The notes below the pieces were generated by a model. The model saw only the letters and a program-made list of their open reading frames with translations, was not told where the DNA came from and ran no database searches. A DNA stretch of 64,000 nucleotides from Acidobacteriota bacterium (GTDB taxonomy: Bacteria > Acidobacteriota > UBA6911 > RPQK01 > JAJDTT01), in assembly GCA_965209055.1 (NCBI GenBank), contig OZ242374.1, positions 5,312,001 to 5,376,000 of the forward strand. The letters run 5' to 3'. Position numbers and translations under genes: made by a program. Below are positions 48,166-57,741 of this stretch, piece after piece; the first letter of the stretch is position 1, and every line of letters starts with the position of its first letter.

Positions 48166-49803
48166 ATGGCGGGAATCGACTGGTTCATAGTAATCGCTCT
48201 CAATCTCCTGATCTTCGGCTACGCGTCCATCCGGTCGCTCAAGACGCATTCCGACGTGGACTGGTTTCTGGGCGGACGCAGCCTGCCCTTCTGGCTGATC
48301 GGCCTTTCGATGTTCGCGACCTCGGTGGACGGCGGCGAATACGTGGCCGTCAACGGCGCGACCTACCAGGATGGCCTGGTGATGTTCACCGGGGTCGTGT
48401 TCGGGGTCGGTGTCGGGGGACTGATCGCCGCCTATGTCGTGATGCCGAACATGTACCGGGCGGGGCTGTTCACCAACGCGGAATACCTCGAGCACCGGTT
48501 CGGCATCTCGGCGAGAATCATCAGCGTTCTGGTTCAGATCCAGTACCGGACGGCCACCTTGGCGACCATCGCCGTGGCCTTACACCTCATGCTGACCGAA
48601 GTGGCTGCCCTCCCGTCCCACAGCGCTTGGATTCTGATTGTCGGATTGACCGCTGCAACGACTCTCTACGCCGCCTGGGGAGGACTGAAAACGATTGCCG
48701 CCGCAGACGTTCTGCTCGGCGCACTCATGCTCTTCTCGACTCTGGTGCTCTGGTCCGTCATCTGGCAGGAAGCCGGGGGGTGGGCCGGCACCCAGGCTGC
48801 ATTGGTCGGGCAGCTCGGTGAGCGAGAAGCCCAGAAGTTGCTGCACATCGGTAGTGGGGGCGATGCGAGCAGTCATCCAATCGTGGTGGTGCTTGGATGG
48901 TGCCTGATCGCCACCGGCTATTTTGTGGTGAACCACACTCAGACCATGAAGATGTTCGGCGCCCGATCCCTGTGGGATCTGAAGATGTCCGTCGTAGCGG
49001 GCACCACGCTGATCATTCTCTCGGGATACTTCAGCAGCTCGCTGGGACTGCTGGGGAGGGCACTGGTTCCCGGCCTGTCCAACCCGGACCTGATCTATCC
49101 CCGGCTGGTCGATCAATACCTGGTCTCCGGACTGAAGGGCATCGTCGTCGCCGGAATGATCGCGTCCGCCGTCAGTACCTTCGAAGGCATCGGAGTGGCC
49201 CTGTCCGCGCTTTTCACCCGTGACATCTACGCTCGTCTGCTGGTGCCTGACCGGGACGATCGTCACTACGTGATCGTCAGCCGGATCGCCACCGTTTTCA
49301 TCGTCGCCGTTACGTTTCTCTACGTTCCCTTTATCCTTCGCGCTGAGAACATCGTGGAGTTCTTCGTGGGCATCACAAGCATCTTCGTGACCCCTCTGAT
49401 GACCGTGTACCTGGTGGGCTCGACCACCAGAGTGGACCGGCGCGCCGGCCTTGTCGGCCTGATTGCCGGACCCGCCTTCCGGCTGTCGGTCGTCGCGCTG
49501 GAAACGCACCTTCCGCTGTGGTTGACGGACAATTTTGTGGCGTACCTATGGACGACCGGCGTGACTGCCACCTCAATGTTGATCGCATCGATGATCCTGG
49601 GCGTCGTGTCTCCGCCGGCTGCTCAGCGAAAGTCCCGAATGACGACTCAACCCTCCGGCTGGCTGGCACGTTCCCAAGGAACGGTCAGGGAGATTACTCT
49701 GTCACCGTTTCCGGGCGGCGTCCCCTGGTGGGCCTCCCCTGCCCTCTGGGCCGCCGCAGTACTGAGCACGTCGGGCTACGTCGTATTCGTGGTCCTCTGG
49801 TAG
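48166..49803 (+). CDS. Sodium:solute symporter (SGLT/SiaT-like SSS)
   Basis: WFLGGRSLPFWLIGLSMFAT, EYLEHRFG, WGGLK, LFTRDIY. Confidence 0.9.
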   Translation: MAGIDWFIVIALNLLIFGYASIRSLKTHSDVDWFLGGRSLPFWLIGLSMFATSVDGGEYVAVNGATYQDGLVMFTGVVFGVGVGGLIAAYVVMPNMYRAGLFTNAEYLEHRFGISARIISVLVQIQYRTATLATIAVALHLMLTEVAALPSHSAWILIVGLTAATTLYAAWGGLKTIAAADVLLGALMLFSTLVLWSVIWQEAGGWAGTQAALVGQLGEREAQKLLHIGSGGDASSHPIVVVLGWCLIATGYFVVNHTQTMKMFGARSLWDLKMSVVAGTTLIILSGYFSSSLGLLGRALVPGLSNPDLIYPRLVDQYLVSGLKGIVVAGMIASAVSTFEGIGVALSALFTRDIYARLLVPDRDDRHYVIVSRIATVFIVAVTFLYVPFILRAENIVEFFVGITSIFVTPLMTVYLVGSTTRVDRRAGLVGLIAGPAFRLSVVALETHLPLWLTDNFVAYLWTTGVTATSMLIASMILGVVSPPAAQRKSRMTTQPSGWLARSQGTVREITLSPFPGGVPWWASPALWAAAVLSTSGYVVFVVLW

Positions 49804-49820
49804 TGACCGGCGGTCCACGA

Positions 49821-49848
49821 AAAAAGGGGCGGAAGACCGCCCCTTTTT
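49821..49848. terminator. Bidirectional rho-independent terminator
   Basis: aaaaaggggcgg-aaga-ccgccccttttt between convergent genes. Confidence 0.9.
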
Positions 49849-49870
49849 CATTCCCAGTGTTCTCCTTGGA

Positions 49871-52800
49871 CTAGAACTCCAAGCGAAGTCCCAACTGGAT
49901 GTTCCTTGGTGGACGCGTTGCGGAGATGATTCCGAAATTGCTCGATCCTACGGAGTTGCCGAAACCGAAGAACTGGGCGCGGTTGAAGGCGTTGTAGGCC
50001 TCGGCACGGAACTGTATCCTGGCCGTTTCTCCGATGTGAAAACTCTTGGAGATATTGAGATCCCAGTTGCGGATTCCCGGCTCCAGGACCTCGCCACGGC
50101 CCGTGTTGCCGAACGTTCCCACCTCCGGATTCGCAAAGTAGTTCACGTCAAACCAGCGCAGGTTGTTGGCGCGAGGATCGAGGGTCTTCACCTTGCCTGT
50201 CCGGACCTTGTCCGGCCGGGTTGCCCACCAGAACTGACCCGTGTTGCTCCAATCCCGAGGGAACGGTCGAATGATCCTGGGGCTCCCGGATTGGAATGTG
50301 GTGATTCCACTGAGCTGCCAGCCGCCTAAGATTCCATTGATCACCGGGTGCATATCGCCCCCGAAGCGTTTGCCGCGACCCACCGGAATTTCCCAGATGT
50401 ACCCGACGCTGAGCCGGTGTTTGGCGTGGAACTGGGACAAGCCCTTCTCGGCCTTCTTGTCATACGAATTCTGGGCCCAGAATCCGGTGGCATCGTTGAG
50501 GTTGCCGTAGTCATCAAGCGTCCTGGCAAAGGTGTAGGAGGAGATGAACGAGAGGCCCCGGTCAAACCTCCGCTCCACGCGCAACAGGCCGGCATTGTAG
50601 TTGTTCTGGGCGCTGTGCTCCATGATGAAGGTGAAATTCGACAGGTCCGGATAAGGCAGCCGTGTCGTAAACGGTGTCGTGACTCCCGGGGGATCCAACT
50701 GAGCCTGATTGTAATTGATGCGGCGCTGGCCATGGTATCCGTGTGAACCCACGTAACCCACTTCCACCAGCAGGTTTCTGACGACTTCCCGCTGCACGGT
50801 CAACTGCCAGTGTTGGATGATGGCGTCGTCGAACTTCCGGGTGACCGAATGCAGCGTGGCGCCGGCCAGTGAGGGATGCCACGTGGGTCCGGTGATCTGG
50901 GGGAAATCCGCACGTGAGATATCGGCAACCGGGAACAATTTGGACATGTCATTGGTGTCCAGATCGGTAAACAAGGTCTTGGGGTTGATGAACCGCAGGA
51001 CGTTGGAGGGCGGATTCAGGGCCCCGTTGACCTGGTCGGTGGCGTCCGGCGGAGAGTAGAAGATGCCATACGAGGCGCGAATGACCGTCCTGTTGTCTCC
51101 GAAGGGGGAGTACGCAAGACCGATTCGCGGGCCCCAGTTGTTTCGGTCGGCATTGTAGTAACTCTCGCCCGGCTCGGCGGCGTCCAGGGGAGTGGGTGGG
51201 CAAGGAGTCGTGTGCTGAAAACAGCTTCCGGGAGGAGCCACGAAATCGAAAACCGCGTAATCTCCCCGGATCGCATTCCAGGGTTCGTAGTACTCATAGC
51301 GCAGGCCCATGTTCACGGTCAGCTCGGGGGAGACTCTCCAGTCATCCTGCAGGTAGAACCCCCACAGCTTCTGATTGAAGTAACCGGTGCCGTTGCCGGC
51401 CAATCCCCAGGTTTCTTGCGCCTGTCCCACCATGAAATCCGCAAATGGACTGCCCGACGCAGTATCTCCCGGGAATTGCGTGAAAATCCCGTTGAAGGTG
51501 AAGTTCCCCCGGATGCCGGCCTGAGCCAGCCAGCGCATGCGAATCTCCCGGATATCGAAGCCGAGTTTGATCGAGTGATTCCCATACCTTGTCATCAGGT
51601 TGTCGGAGATCTGGTAGGTGTTGTTCAGAGCACCGAAAGGTGCGTCCGGGGTTGGCCCGACGCGGGTGTAGTTGCTCCAGCCGAAGCTGGGCAGTCCAAA
51701 ACCGAGGGGCGAGCCGCCGATGTTCTTGAATCCGAAAACGTCTGACGAATAGTCCACATCTCCCGATCCGTCCTGTCCTCCGAACCAGTTTCCCCGGTTG
51801 TATCCGACGCGCAGCTCGTTGACGGTGGTGGGCGAAAACGTGTGGATCTCCGACATCATCGCATTGTGCATGTTGTTGTCGTTGTTGGTGCCGGAGAGAG
51901 GCACCACGTTGCCTCTTCTCTTGCGGTCGATCGACTCCATGTAGCGCCCGTAGATCTGATCGCTGTCGGAGATAACGTGATCGATGCGCACGGTCCAGAA
52001 GTTGATATCCTCCGGGTCCGACTTGGTTCCAAGGAAGTTGCTGTTTCCAGGCAGCGTCGTCCCCTCGTCGTGGGTGGGACTCGGAATCAGGTCCAGACCG
52101 ACCAGGGTCTTGGCCTGAGGACTAAGGCGGTTGCTGGGAATCTGGTTTCCCGGGAAGGGTTGCCGGGTGAATCCCGCCGGCGCGTTTGCATCCTCGACCG
52201 TCGTATAGGGATCGTAAATGGTCTGCCCCAGAGAGGAGAAATCGCCCTGGAGCCACCTGGGGTCGGGAAATCTCCCAAAGGCGGTCGCACTCTGGCGAAA
52301 ACGGGTTCCTTCGTAGGCGAAAAAGAAGAAGGTCTGGTCCCGGCCATCGTAGCCCGGTACGCGAATGGGTCCCCCGACGTTGGCGCCGAACTGGTTGTAG
52401 TTGAATGCGTTCTTGTCCGCCCCGGCGCGGTTGCTGAAAAAGCTGTTGGCGTTGAAGATGTCGTTTCGATTGTAGTTGTAGATCGCGCCACGCAATTCAT
52501 TGGTGCCGCTCTTGGTGGTGGTGATGAACTGGACCGATCCCCGGCCCTGTTCAGCCGAAAAATTATGGCTCTTGACTTTGAATTCCTGTAGCGAATCCAA
52601 GGACGGGGTGGCCGACTGGGTTTGAATCCAAACCGTATTCGAGTCGATTCCGTCTATGGTGTACGAGGTATAAGCCCCCCGCTGGCCGGCAAGCTGGTAG
52701 TAATTGCCGCGGTTCTGATTCGGTATGTATCCGGTGGCGCTGGGAACGGGAGTGACGGCGGTGGGCAACAAGGTCGCCAAGGCCTGGTAGTTGCGGGTGA

Positions 52801-53257
52801 GCAGCGGCAACTGGCGCATCTGCTCTTCCTTGATCGTCCCCCCGACTTCCGAGGTCTCGGTCTCGACCAACGGCACCGCTGCCCGGACTTCCACCTCCTC
52901 CCCGATCTCTCCCACCTGCAGCGTCAAATCGACGCGAAGCTTCGTGGCCAGGTCCAGTTCGGCACCCGGTTCGACAGCCGTCTTGAATCCGGCCATCTCA
53001 GCCGTCACTCGATAGACTCCAGGATCCAAGAAAGGAATTTCGTAACCACCGGTATCCCCGGTCACCACCGAACGGGCGATGTTGGTCCCCAGATGGGTGG
53101 CCGTGACGTCGACGCCGGGCACCACGCCACCGGTGTCATCCTTGATCGTCCCTGAGATGGTGCTCTTGACTTGGCCTTGGGCGCCGGCGGTGGCAAGCAC
53201 CAGCAGAACAAAAAGCAGAAGAGCAATCTTGGCAGTACAGAGCGAGGTCTGCATCAT
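49871..53257 (-). CDS. Oar-like TonB-dependent receptor with N-terminal carboxypeptidase-regulatory domain
   Basis: ISGTIKDDTGGVVPG, TKSGTNELRG, YLQDDWRV...LNMGLRYE, C-terminal QLGLRLEF; AAGGAGG RBS. Confidence 0.93.
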   Translation of the reverse strand: MMQTSLCTAKIALLLFVLLVLATAGAQGQVKSTISGTIKDDTGGVVPGVDVTATHLGTNIARSVVTGDTGGYEIPFLDPGVYRVTAEMAGFKTAVEPGAELDLATKLRVDLTLQVGEIGEEVEVRAAVPLVETETSEVGGTIKEEQMRQLPLLTRNYQALATLLPTAVTPVPSATGYIPNQNRGNYYQLAGQRGAYTSYTIDGIDSNTVWIQTQSATPSLDSLQEFKVKSHNFSAEQGRGSVQFITTTKSGTNELRGAIYNYNRNDIFNANSFFSNRAGADKNAFNYNQFGANVGGPIRVPGYDGRDQTFFFFAYEGTRFRQSATAFGRFPDPRWLQGDFSSLGQTIYDPYTTVEDANAPAGFTRQPFPGNQIPSNRLSPQAKTLVGLDLIPSPTHDEGTTLPGNSNFLGTKSDPEDINFWTVRIDHVISDSDQIYGRYMESIDRKRRGNVVPLSGTNNDNNMHNAMMSEIHTFSPTTVNELRVGYNRGNWFGGQDGSGDVDYSSDVFGFKNIGGSPLGFGLPSFGWSNYTRVGPTPDAPFGALNNTYQISDNLMTRYGNHSIKLGFDIREIRMRWLAQAGIRGNFTFNGIFTQFPGDTASGSPFADFMVGQAQETWGLAGNGTGYFNQKLWGFYLQDDWRVSPELTVNMGLRYEYYEPWNAIRGDYAVFDFVAPPGSCFQHTTPCPPTPLDAAEPGESYYNADRNNWGPRIGLAYSPFGDNRTVIRASYGIFYSPPDATDQVNGALNPPSNVLRFINPKTLFTDLDTNDMSKLFPVADISRADFPQITGPTWHPSLAGATLHSVTRKFDDAIIQHWQLTVQREVVRNLLVEVGYVGSHGYHGQRRINYNQAQLDPPGVTTPFTTRLPYPDLSNFTFIMEHSAQNNYNAGLLRVERRFDRGLSFISSYTFARTLDDYGNLNDATGFWAQNSYDKKAEKGLSQFHAKHRLSVGYIWEIPVGRGKRFGGDMHPVINGILGGWQLSGITTFQSGSPRIIRPFPRDWSNTGQFWWATRPDKVRTGKVKTLDPRANNLRWFDVNYFANPEVGTFGNTGRGEVLEPGIRNWDLNISKSFHIGETARIQFRAEAYNAFNRAQFFGFGNSVGSSNFGIISATRPPRNIQLGLRLEF

Positions 53258-53429
53258 TTCATCCTCCTTGGCGGGCGAGCGGGCGGGCGTGGAAAAAACT
53301 TCCACTAGTTGCGGCTGAGCCTACACGGTCTGATCAGCAACGGTCAAGAAAAAAACAGGGCCACCTCAGGTGCTGTGCTACGCTTGCGTATAGTTTGCAA
53401 TTCCAAGCCATTGGATCGGCTCGCCCCGC

Positions 53430-55145
53430 ATGAGCTTTGAGAAGACGATCCATATCCCGATGGTTCTCTGCTTCCTTTGGGTCTCTGCCTGGGCACAAAA
53501 AGAGTCCGGTTCAATCCCTCCCGGGGCCCGTTTCGTGGATATTGCAGCCGAGGCCGGACTGGGTGATTTCGTCTGTTATTCGGGAGGCATTGAGCGGAAA
53601 GAAACCATTCTGGAAACCACCGGAGCGGGCTGTGCCTTGCTGGATTACGACAACGACAGCGACCTCGACATATTCCTGATGACGGCCAGCAGGAGCGAGG
53701 GGTTCGCGGAGAGCGCCGAGCCTTCCAACCGCTTGTATCGGAATGACGGCAGCGGCCGGTTCAGCGATGTCACCGGCCAGGCCGGACTGGTGCGATCGGG
53801 CTGGGGCCAGGGAGTGTGCGCCGGAGACTACGACAATGACGGCTGGATCGATCTCTACCTGACTTACTACGGACACAATGTTCTTTACCGCAACACCGGA
53901 GAGGGCTCCTTCATCGATGTCACCCGGAAGGCAGGGTTGTATACCAAGCACAGATTGTGGGGTGTGGGTTGCTCGTTCCTGGACTATGACCGGGATTCGG
54001 ACCTCGACCTGTTCGTCACCAACTACATCGATTTCGATCCGGTGACCGCTCCCCGTCCCGGAGAGAATTCCAACTGCCTGTGGAAGGGGATTCCCGTCAT
54101 GTGCGGTCCTCGAGGCCTGAAGGGCCTGCCCTCCAATCTCTATCGGAACGAAGGCGATGGGACATTTGCCGATGTGAGCGGGCACGCGGGGATCACCGCC
54201 GCCGGTGAAAGATACGGACTAGGGGTTTTGGTGGCAGATTACGACAACGACGGCTGGCCCGACGTCTACGTCGCTTGCGACTCGACACCCAATCTTCTGT
54301 TTCGCAACAACCGTGACGGGACCTTCTCCGAGATGGGCCTGTTGGCGGGAGTGGCCTACAGCGGGGATGGAAAAGAGCAGGCCGGCATGGGCGTCGACGC
54401 CGGGGATTACGACAACGACGGTGATCTGGACATCGTGAAGACGAATTTTTCCGACGACAAGTCGAGCCTCTACAAGAACCATGGCGACGGCACCTTCAGT
54501 GACGCGACGTTTGAAGCCGGGTTGGGAGTGAACCTGGCATATCTTGGCTGGGGCGTGGGATTTTTGGACTACGATCAGGATGGTTACGACGACATCTTCA
54601 TCGCCAATGGTCACGTCTACCCGGAGATCGACGGCCACGGTTTTCGGTCCCGGTACAGGCAGCGGAAAGTCCTTTACCGGAACACGGGCAACAGCACCTT
54701 TGTGGACGTGACCGCATCGTCCGGAGCGGATCTGCTGCAGCCACAGACGAGCCGCGGCATTGCTCTCGGAGACATCGATAACGACGGGACTCTCGAAATC
54801 CTGGTAAACAACGAAAACGGAAGACCCAGCCTCTATAAGAACTACGGGCCACGTGGGAATTGGATCGTCATTCTGGCCATCGGCAGCCGCTCGAACCGCA
54901 GTGCGATCGGTACGCGCGTTTCGGCAGCCTCGGACGGCGGGCGAAGACTGATCAAGGAAGTGCGCAGTGGCGGGACGTACGCTTCACAGAGCGACCTGCG
55001 ACTGCATTTCGGCCTGGGGCCCGCGGGAAAGACGGATCTGGAAGTCCGATGGCCCGATGGCTCGGTGGAAAAGTTCGCCGGGGTCGCGGCCAATCAGTTC
55101 CTCACCATCAGGGAAGGCATCGGAATTGAGGGAGACAAAGACTGA
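53430..55145 (+). CDS. CRTAC1-family (ASPIC/UnbV) secreted protein
   Basis: DYDNDG repeats; NRSAIGTRV, LHFGLG, VRWPDG. Confidence 0.92.
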   Translation: MSFEKTIHIPMVLCFLWVSAWAQKESGSIPPGARFVDIAAEAGLGDFVCYSGGIERKETILETTGAGCALLDYDNDSDLDIFLMTASRSEGFAESAEPSNRLYRNDGSGRFSDVTGQAGLVRSGWGQGVCAGDYDNDGWIDLYLTYYGHNVLYRNTGEGSFIDVTRKAGLYTKHRLWGVGCSFLDYDRDSDLDLFVTNYIDFDPVTAPRPGENSNCLWKGIPVMCGPRGLKGLPSNLYRNEGDGTFADVSGHAGITAAGERYGLGVLVADYDNDGWPDVYVACDSTPNLLFRNNRDGTFSEMGLLAGVAYSGDGKEQAGMGVDAGDYDNDGDLDIVKTNFSDDKSSLYKNHGDGTFSDATFEAGLGVNLAYLGWGVGFLDYDQDGYDDIFIANGHVYPEIDGHGFRSRYRQRKVLYRNTGNSTFVDVTASSGADLLQPQTSRGIALGDIDNDGTLEILVNNENGRPSLYKNYGPRGNWIVILAIGSRSNRSAIGTRVSAASDGGRRLIKEVRSGGTYASQSDLRLHFGLGPAGKTDLEVRWPDGSVEKFAGVAANQFLTIREGIGIEGDKD

Positions 55146-56703
55146 GTCCCGCACCACCAGCCTGACGAAAAAGGGGACGTTCCGCCAAGCCCGCAGCATC
55201 ACATGGAATCGTCTCCTGGCACTCGTGGCCGTGGCTTTTCTCCTGCAGGACGCGGTTGCCGGGCAGAGTCCGCAGCAGGCTTTTCGCCTGCTCCAGGAAG
55301 GCAAACTCGCAGATGCTGAAAAAGCCTTCCGGGCTCTGCTCGCCAGGTACCCCAATGAACCCTCCCTGCACGGCGGCCTGGGCATGGTCTTTTCGAGAAT
55401 GAAGCGCTTTGGCGAAGCCGTGCACGAATTCGAGCGGGTTCTCGAGTTGAAGCCCGGAGACTTGAGGGCCCACGGCAACCTCGCCGTCACCTATCTGCGC
55501 CTGGACGATCAGGAGAAGGCCATCGAGCAGTTCGAGCAGGTGACCAGGCTGGATCCCGGCAGGGCCTCCGCCTTCTACAACCTGGGCCTGCTCTATCTCA
55601 GGAAGGCCAACCTGCCCCACGCCCTGGCGGCTCTCGAGCGCGCTCATCATCTGCAACCGGGCGACCCGGCGATACTCGTCTACCTGGTCGAAATCTACCT
55701 CGACCTGGGGCGGACACGTGAGGCTGTCCCCCTGGCCTCTCGACTCAGACGAATCCTTCCCGCCGACACCGTCATCCACAAACGAGTGGGGACGTGGATG
55801 ATCGAACGGGGTCTCGCTTCCGAAGCCGTCGCCCAGTTCGAACTGGTCCGGCGGAGAGAGTCCTCTTTCCCGGTGAACTATTGGCTGGCCTATGCCTGCT
55901 ACCTGGGGGCGGACTATTCCCGAGTCGTGCAGTTGCTGGAACCCTACGCCCGCGGTGCAACGAAAACACCCCTCAAGTTTTATGGACTCCTGAGCGCCGC
56001 CTACCTGAAGCAGGGTCTGGAGGCGGAGGCTTCCAATACCCTCAAGCGGGGAATGCCTGCGACGGGCCGCGAACCGAAGTTTCTCTACGATATTTCAGTG
56101 GAGCTGCTGAAGGAGAACCTGCTTCCGCTGGCCAGGGACCTTCTCGGTTATGCAATTGTCCGATTGCCGGACGATCCGGATCTGCTTCTGGCCCTGGCCC
56201 GAAGTCATCATGCCGCAAATCGTTTCGAGGAGGCCCGGGACGCCTCGGCGTCGGCGGTGAAGAACAGACCCGATTTCTATGCCGCATACGTTGCCCTGGG
56301 AAACAGCCAACTGGAGTTGGGCGCCTATGACGAGGCGCTGGAGGCCTATGGGCGGGCGCTGAGTCTCAATTCAAGAGACCCTTTCCTCTATTACGTCTAT
56401 GCCACGGCTCTGGAGCGCCACAACCGGCTCGAGCCGGCGCTCCTGATGGCTCAGCGGGGGATCGCAGTCGATGCCAACGATGCGGCCTGCCGTTTCATCC
56501 TGGGAAAGGTTCTGGAAAGACACGGAAGACTGGAGGAGGCACGCCGGGAATACGAGCTGAGCTCCAAACTCCAACCGCTCGAGGAGGAAGTCCACTATCG
56601 TCTCGGGCTCCTCTACAAGAGGCTCCGGCAGGACCGGAAAGCAGAAGAAAATCTCAAGAGGTTCGAAGAACTCAAGGCAAAGGCCAAGTACTCACGAAAC
56701 TGA
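55126..56703 (+). CDS. Secreted TPR-repeat protein
   Basis: Signal-like RLLALVAVAFLLQDAVAG, then TPR units; TTG start at 55126 is inferred. Confidence 0.85.
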   Translation: MRETKTESRTTSLTKKGTFRQARSITWNRLLALVAVAFLLQDAVAGQSPQQAFRLLQEGKLADAEKAFRALLARYPNEPSLHGGLGMVFSRMKRFGEAVHEFERVLELKPGDLRAHGNLAVTYLRLDDQEKAIEQFEQVTRLDPGRASAFYNLGLLYLRKANLPHALAALERAHHLQPGDPAILVYLVEIYLDLGRTREAVPLASRLRRILPADTVIHKRVGTWMIERGLASEAVAQFELVRRRESSFPVNYWLAYACYLGADYSRVVQLLEPYARGATKTPLKFYGLLSAAYLKQGLEAEASNTLKRGMPATGREPKFLYDISVELLKENLLPLARDLLGYAIVRLPDDPDLLLALARSHHAANRFEEARDASASAVKNRPDFYAAYVALGNSQLELGAYDEALEAYGRALSLNSRDPFLYYVYATALERHNRLEPALLMAQRGIAVDANDAACRFILGKVLERHGRLEEARREYELSSKLQPLEEEVHYRLGLLYKRLRQDRKAEENLKRFEELKAKAKYSRN

Positions 56704-56754
56704 GGCGTTGAAACAGGAGAAACAATCCTCGGGCCGAAAAGGGGGAACCATCGA

Positions 56755-57675
56755 ATGCCGTATTTGCGATTACTCTGCTCGGGCGTGATCACAGCGGGAC
56801 TGGTCGCTTTACAGGTGCTGAGCCTGGAAACAACCGTCCATGGCCAGGATGAAGAGCTGGCCATTTCCAGGCTCTCGATCCCGCTTGCAAAAGACGCCAA
56901 ACCCTTTTGCCCCAGTGAGACCGAAGATGGCAGGCTTCTGGCCTTTCAGATCGACCATCCGGAGGGTCGGGGAAAGCTCGATATCTGGTTCTCCCGCCTG
57001 GAGAACGGACGTTGGTCCGTACCCTTCAATGCGGGTCCGCAGGTCAACACCGCGTCCCACGAAGCCGATGCCAAGCTGTCGCCCGACGGGACCGTAATGA
57101 TCTTTCTGCGCAGCGACGATTTCAGCAAATCCTCCCGCGTCTATGTCTCCCATTTCCACGACGGCTCCTGGTCCACAGCCGAATTGCTGGGTCCTCCCAT
57201 CAGTCTTCCGGACACGGTCCAATTCGGAGCCTTGCTCTCCAAAGACCAGAGAAGACTCTACTTCTCCAGCAATCGGTCCGGAGGGCACGGGGGGTTCGAT
57301 GTCTACGTCAGCGATCGGATCGGCTCCGGCTGGGACCAGTGGGGAGAGCCCGTCAATCTGGGCCCCGTGGTCAACAGCGCCGGCGACGAAAACGACGTGG
57401 CCGTCAATCCCGACGAAACCACGCTCATCCTTCCGCTGCGCAGGAATGATTCACAAAGCGATAGTGTGGACCTCTACATCAGCCGAAGAGTCGACGCTCA
57501 ATGGACTCCCTGGCAGAACATGGGCCCGCGCATCAACACTCCCGGAACCGACACCTGCCCCTGGCTTGGCTACGACGGCCGGACTCTGTACCTGAACTCC
57601 ACCTGGGACGGGCTGGTGGGAGGAAAAGAGGGAGCGACCTGGATCTGGGCCATTCGCCATTCCAAGGAGTTTTGA
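56755..57675 (+). CDS. PD40 (TolB-like WD40) beta-propeller protein
   Basis: LYFSSNRSGGHGGFDVYVS, PVNLGPVVNS, NMGPRINT repeats. Confidence 0.85.
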   Translation: MPYLRLLCSGVITAGLVALQVLSLETTVHGQDEELAISRLSIPLAKDAKPFCPSETEDGRLLAFQIDHPEGRGKLDIWFSRLENGRWSVPFNAGPQVNTASHEADAKLSPDGTVMIFLRSDDFSKSSRVYVSHFHDGSWSTAELLGPPISLPDTVQFGALLSKDQRRLYFSSNRSGGHGGFDVYVSDRIGSGWDQWGEPVNLGPVVNSAGDENDVAVNPDETTLILPLRRNDSQSDSVDLYISRRVDAQWTPWQNMGPRINTPGTDTCPWLGYDGRTLYLNSTWDGLVGGKEGATWIWAIRHSKEF

Positions 57676-57741
57676 AAAAGGGGACAGAGTCACTGCCACT
57701 TTTTCCGTCCTTCCCTTCGAATTCGGCCTGACGGGGTGCAA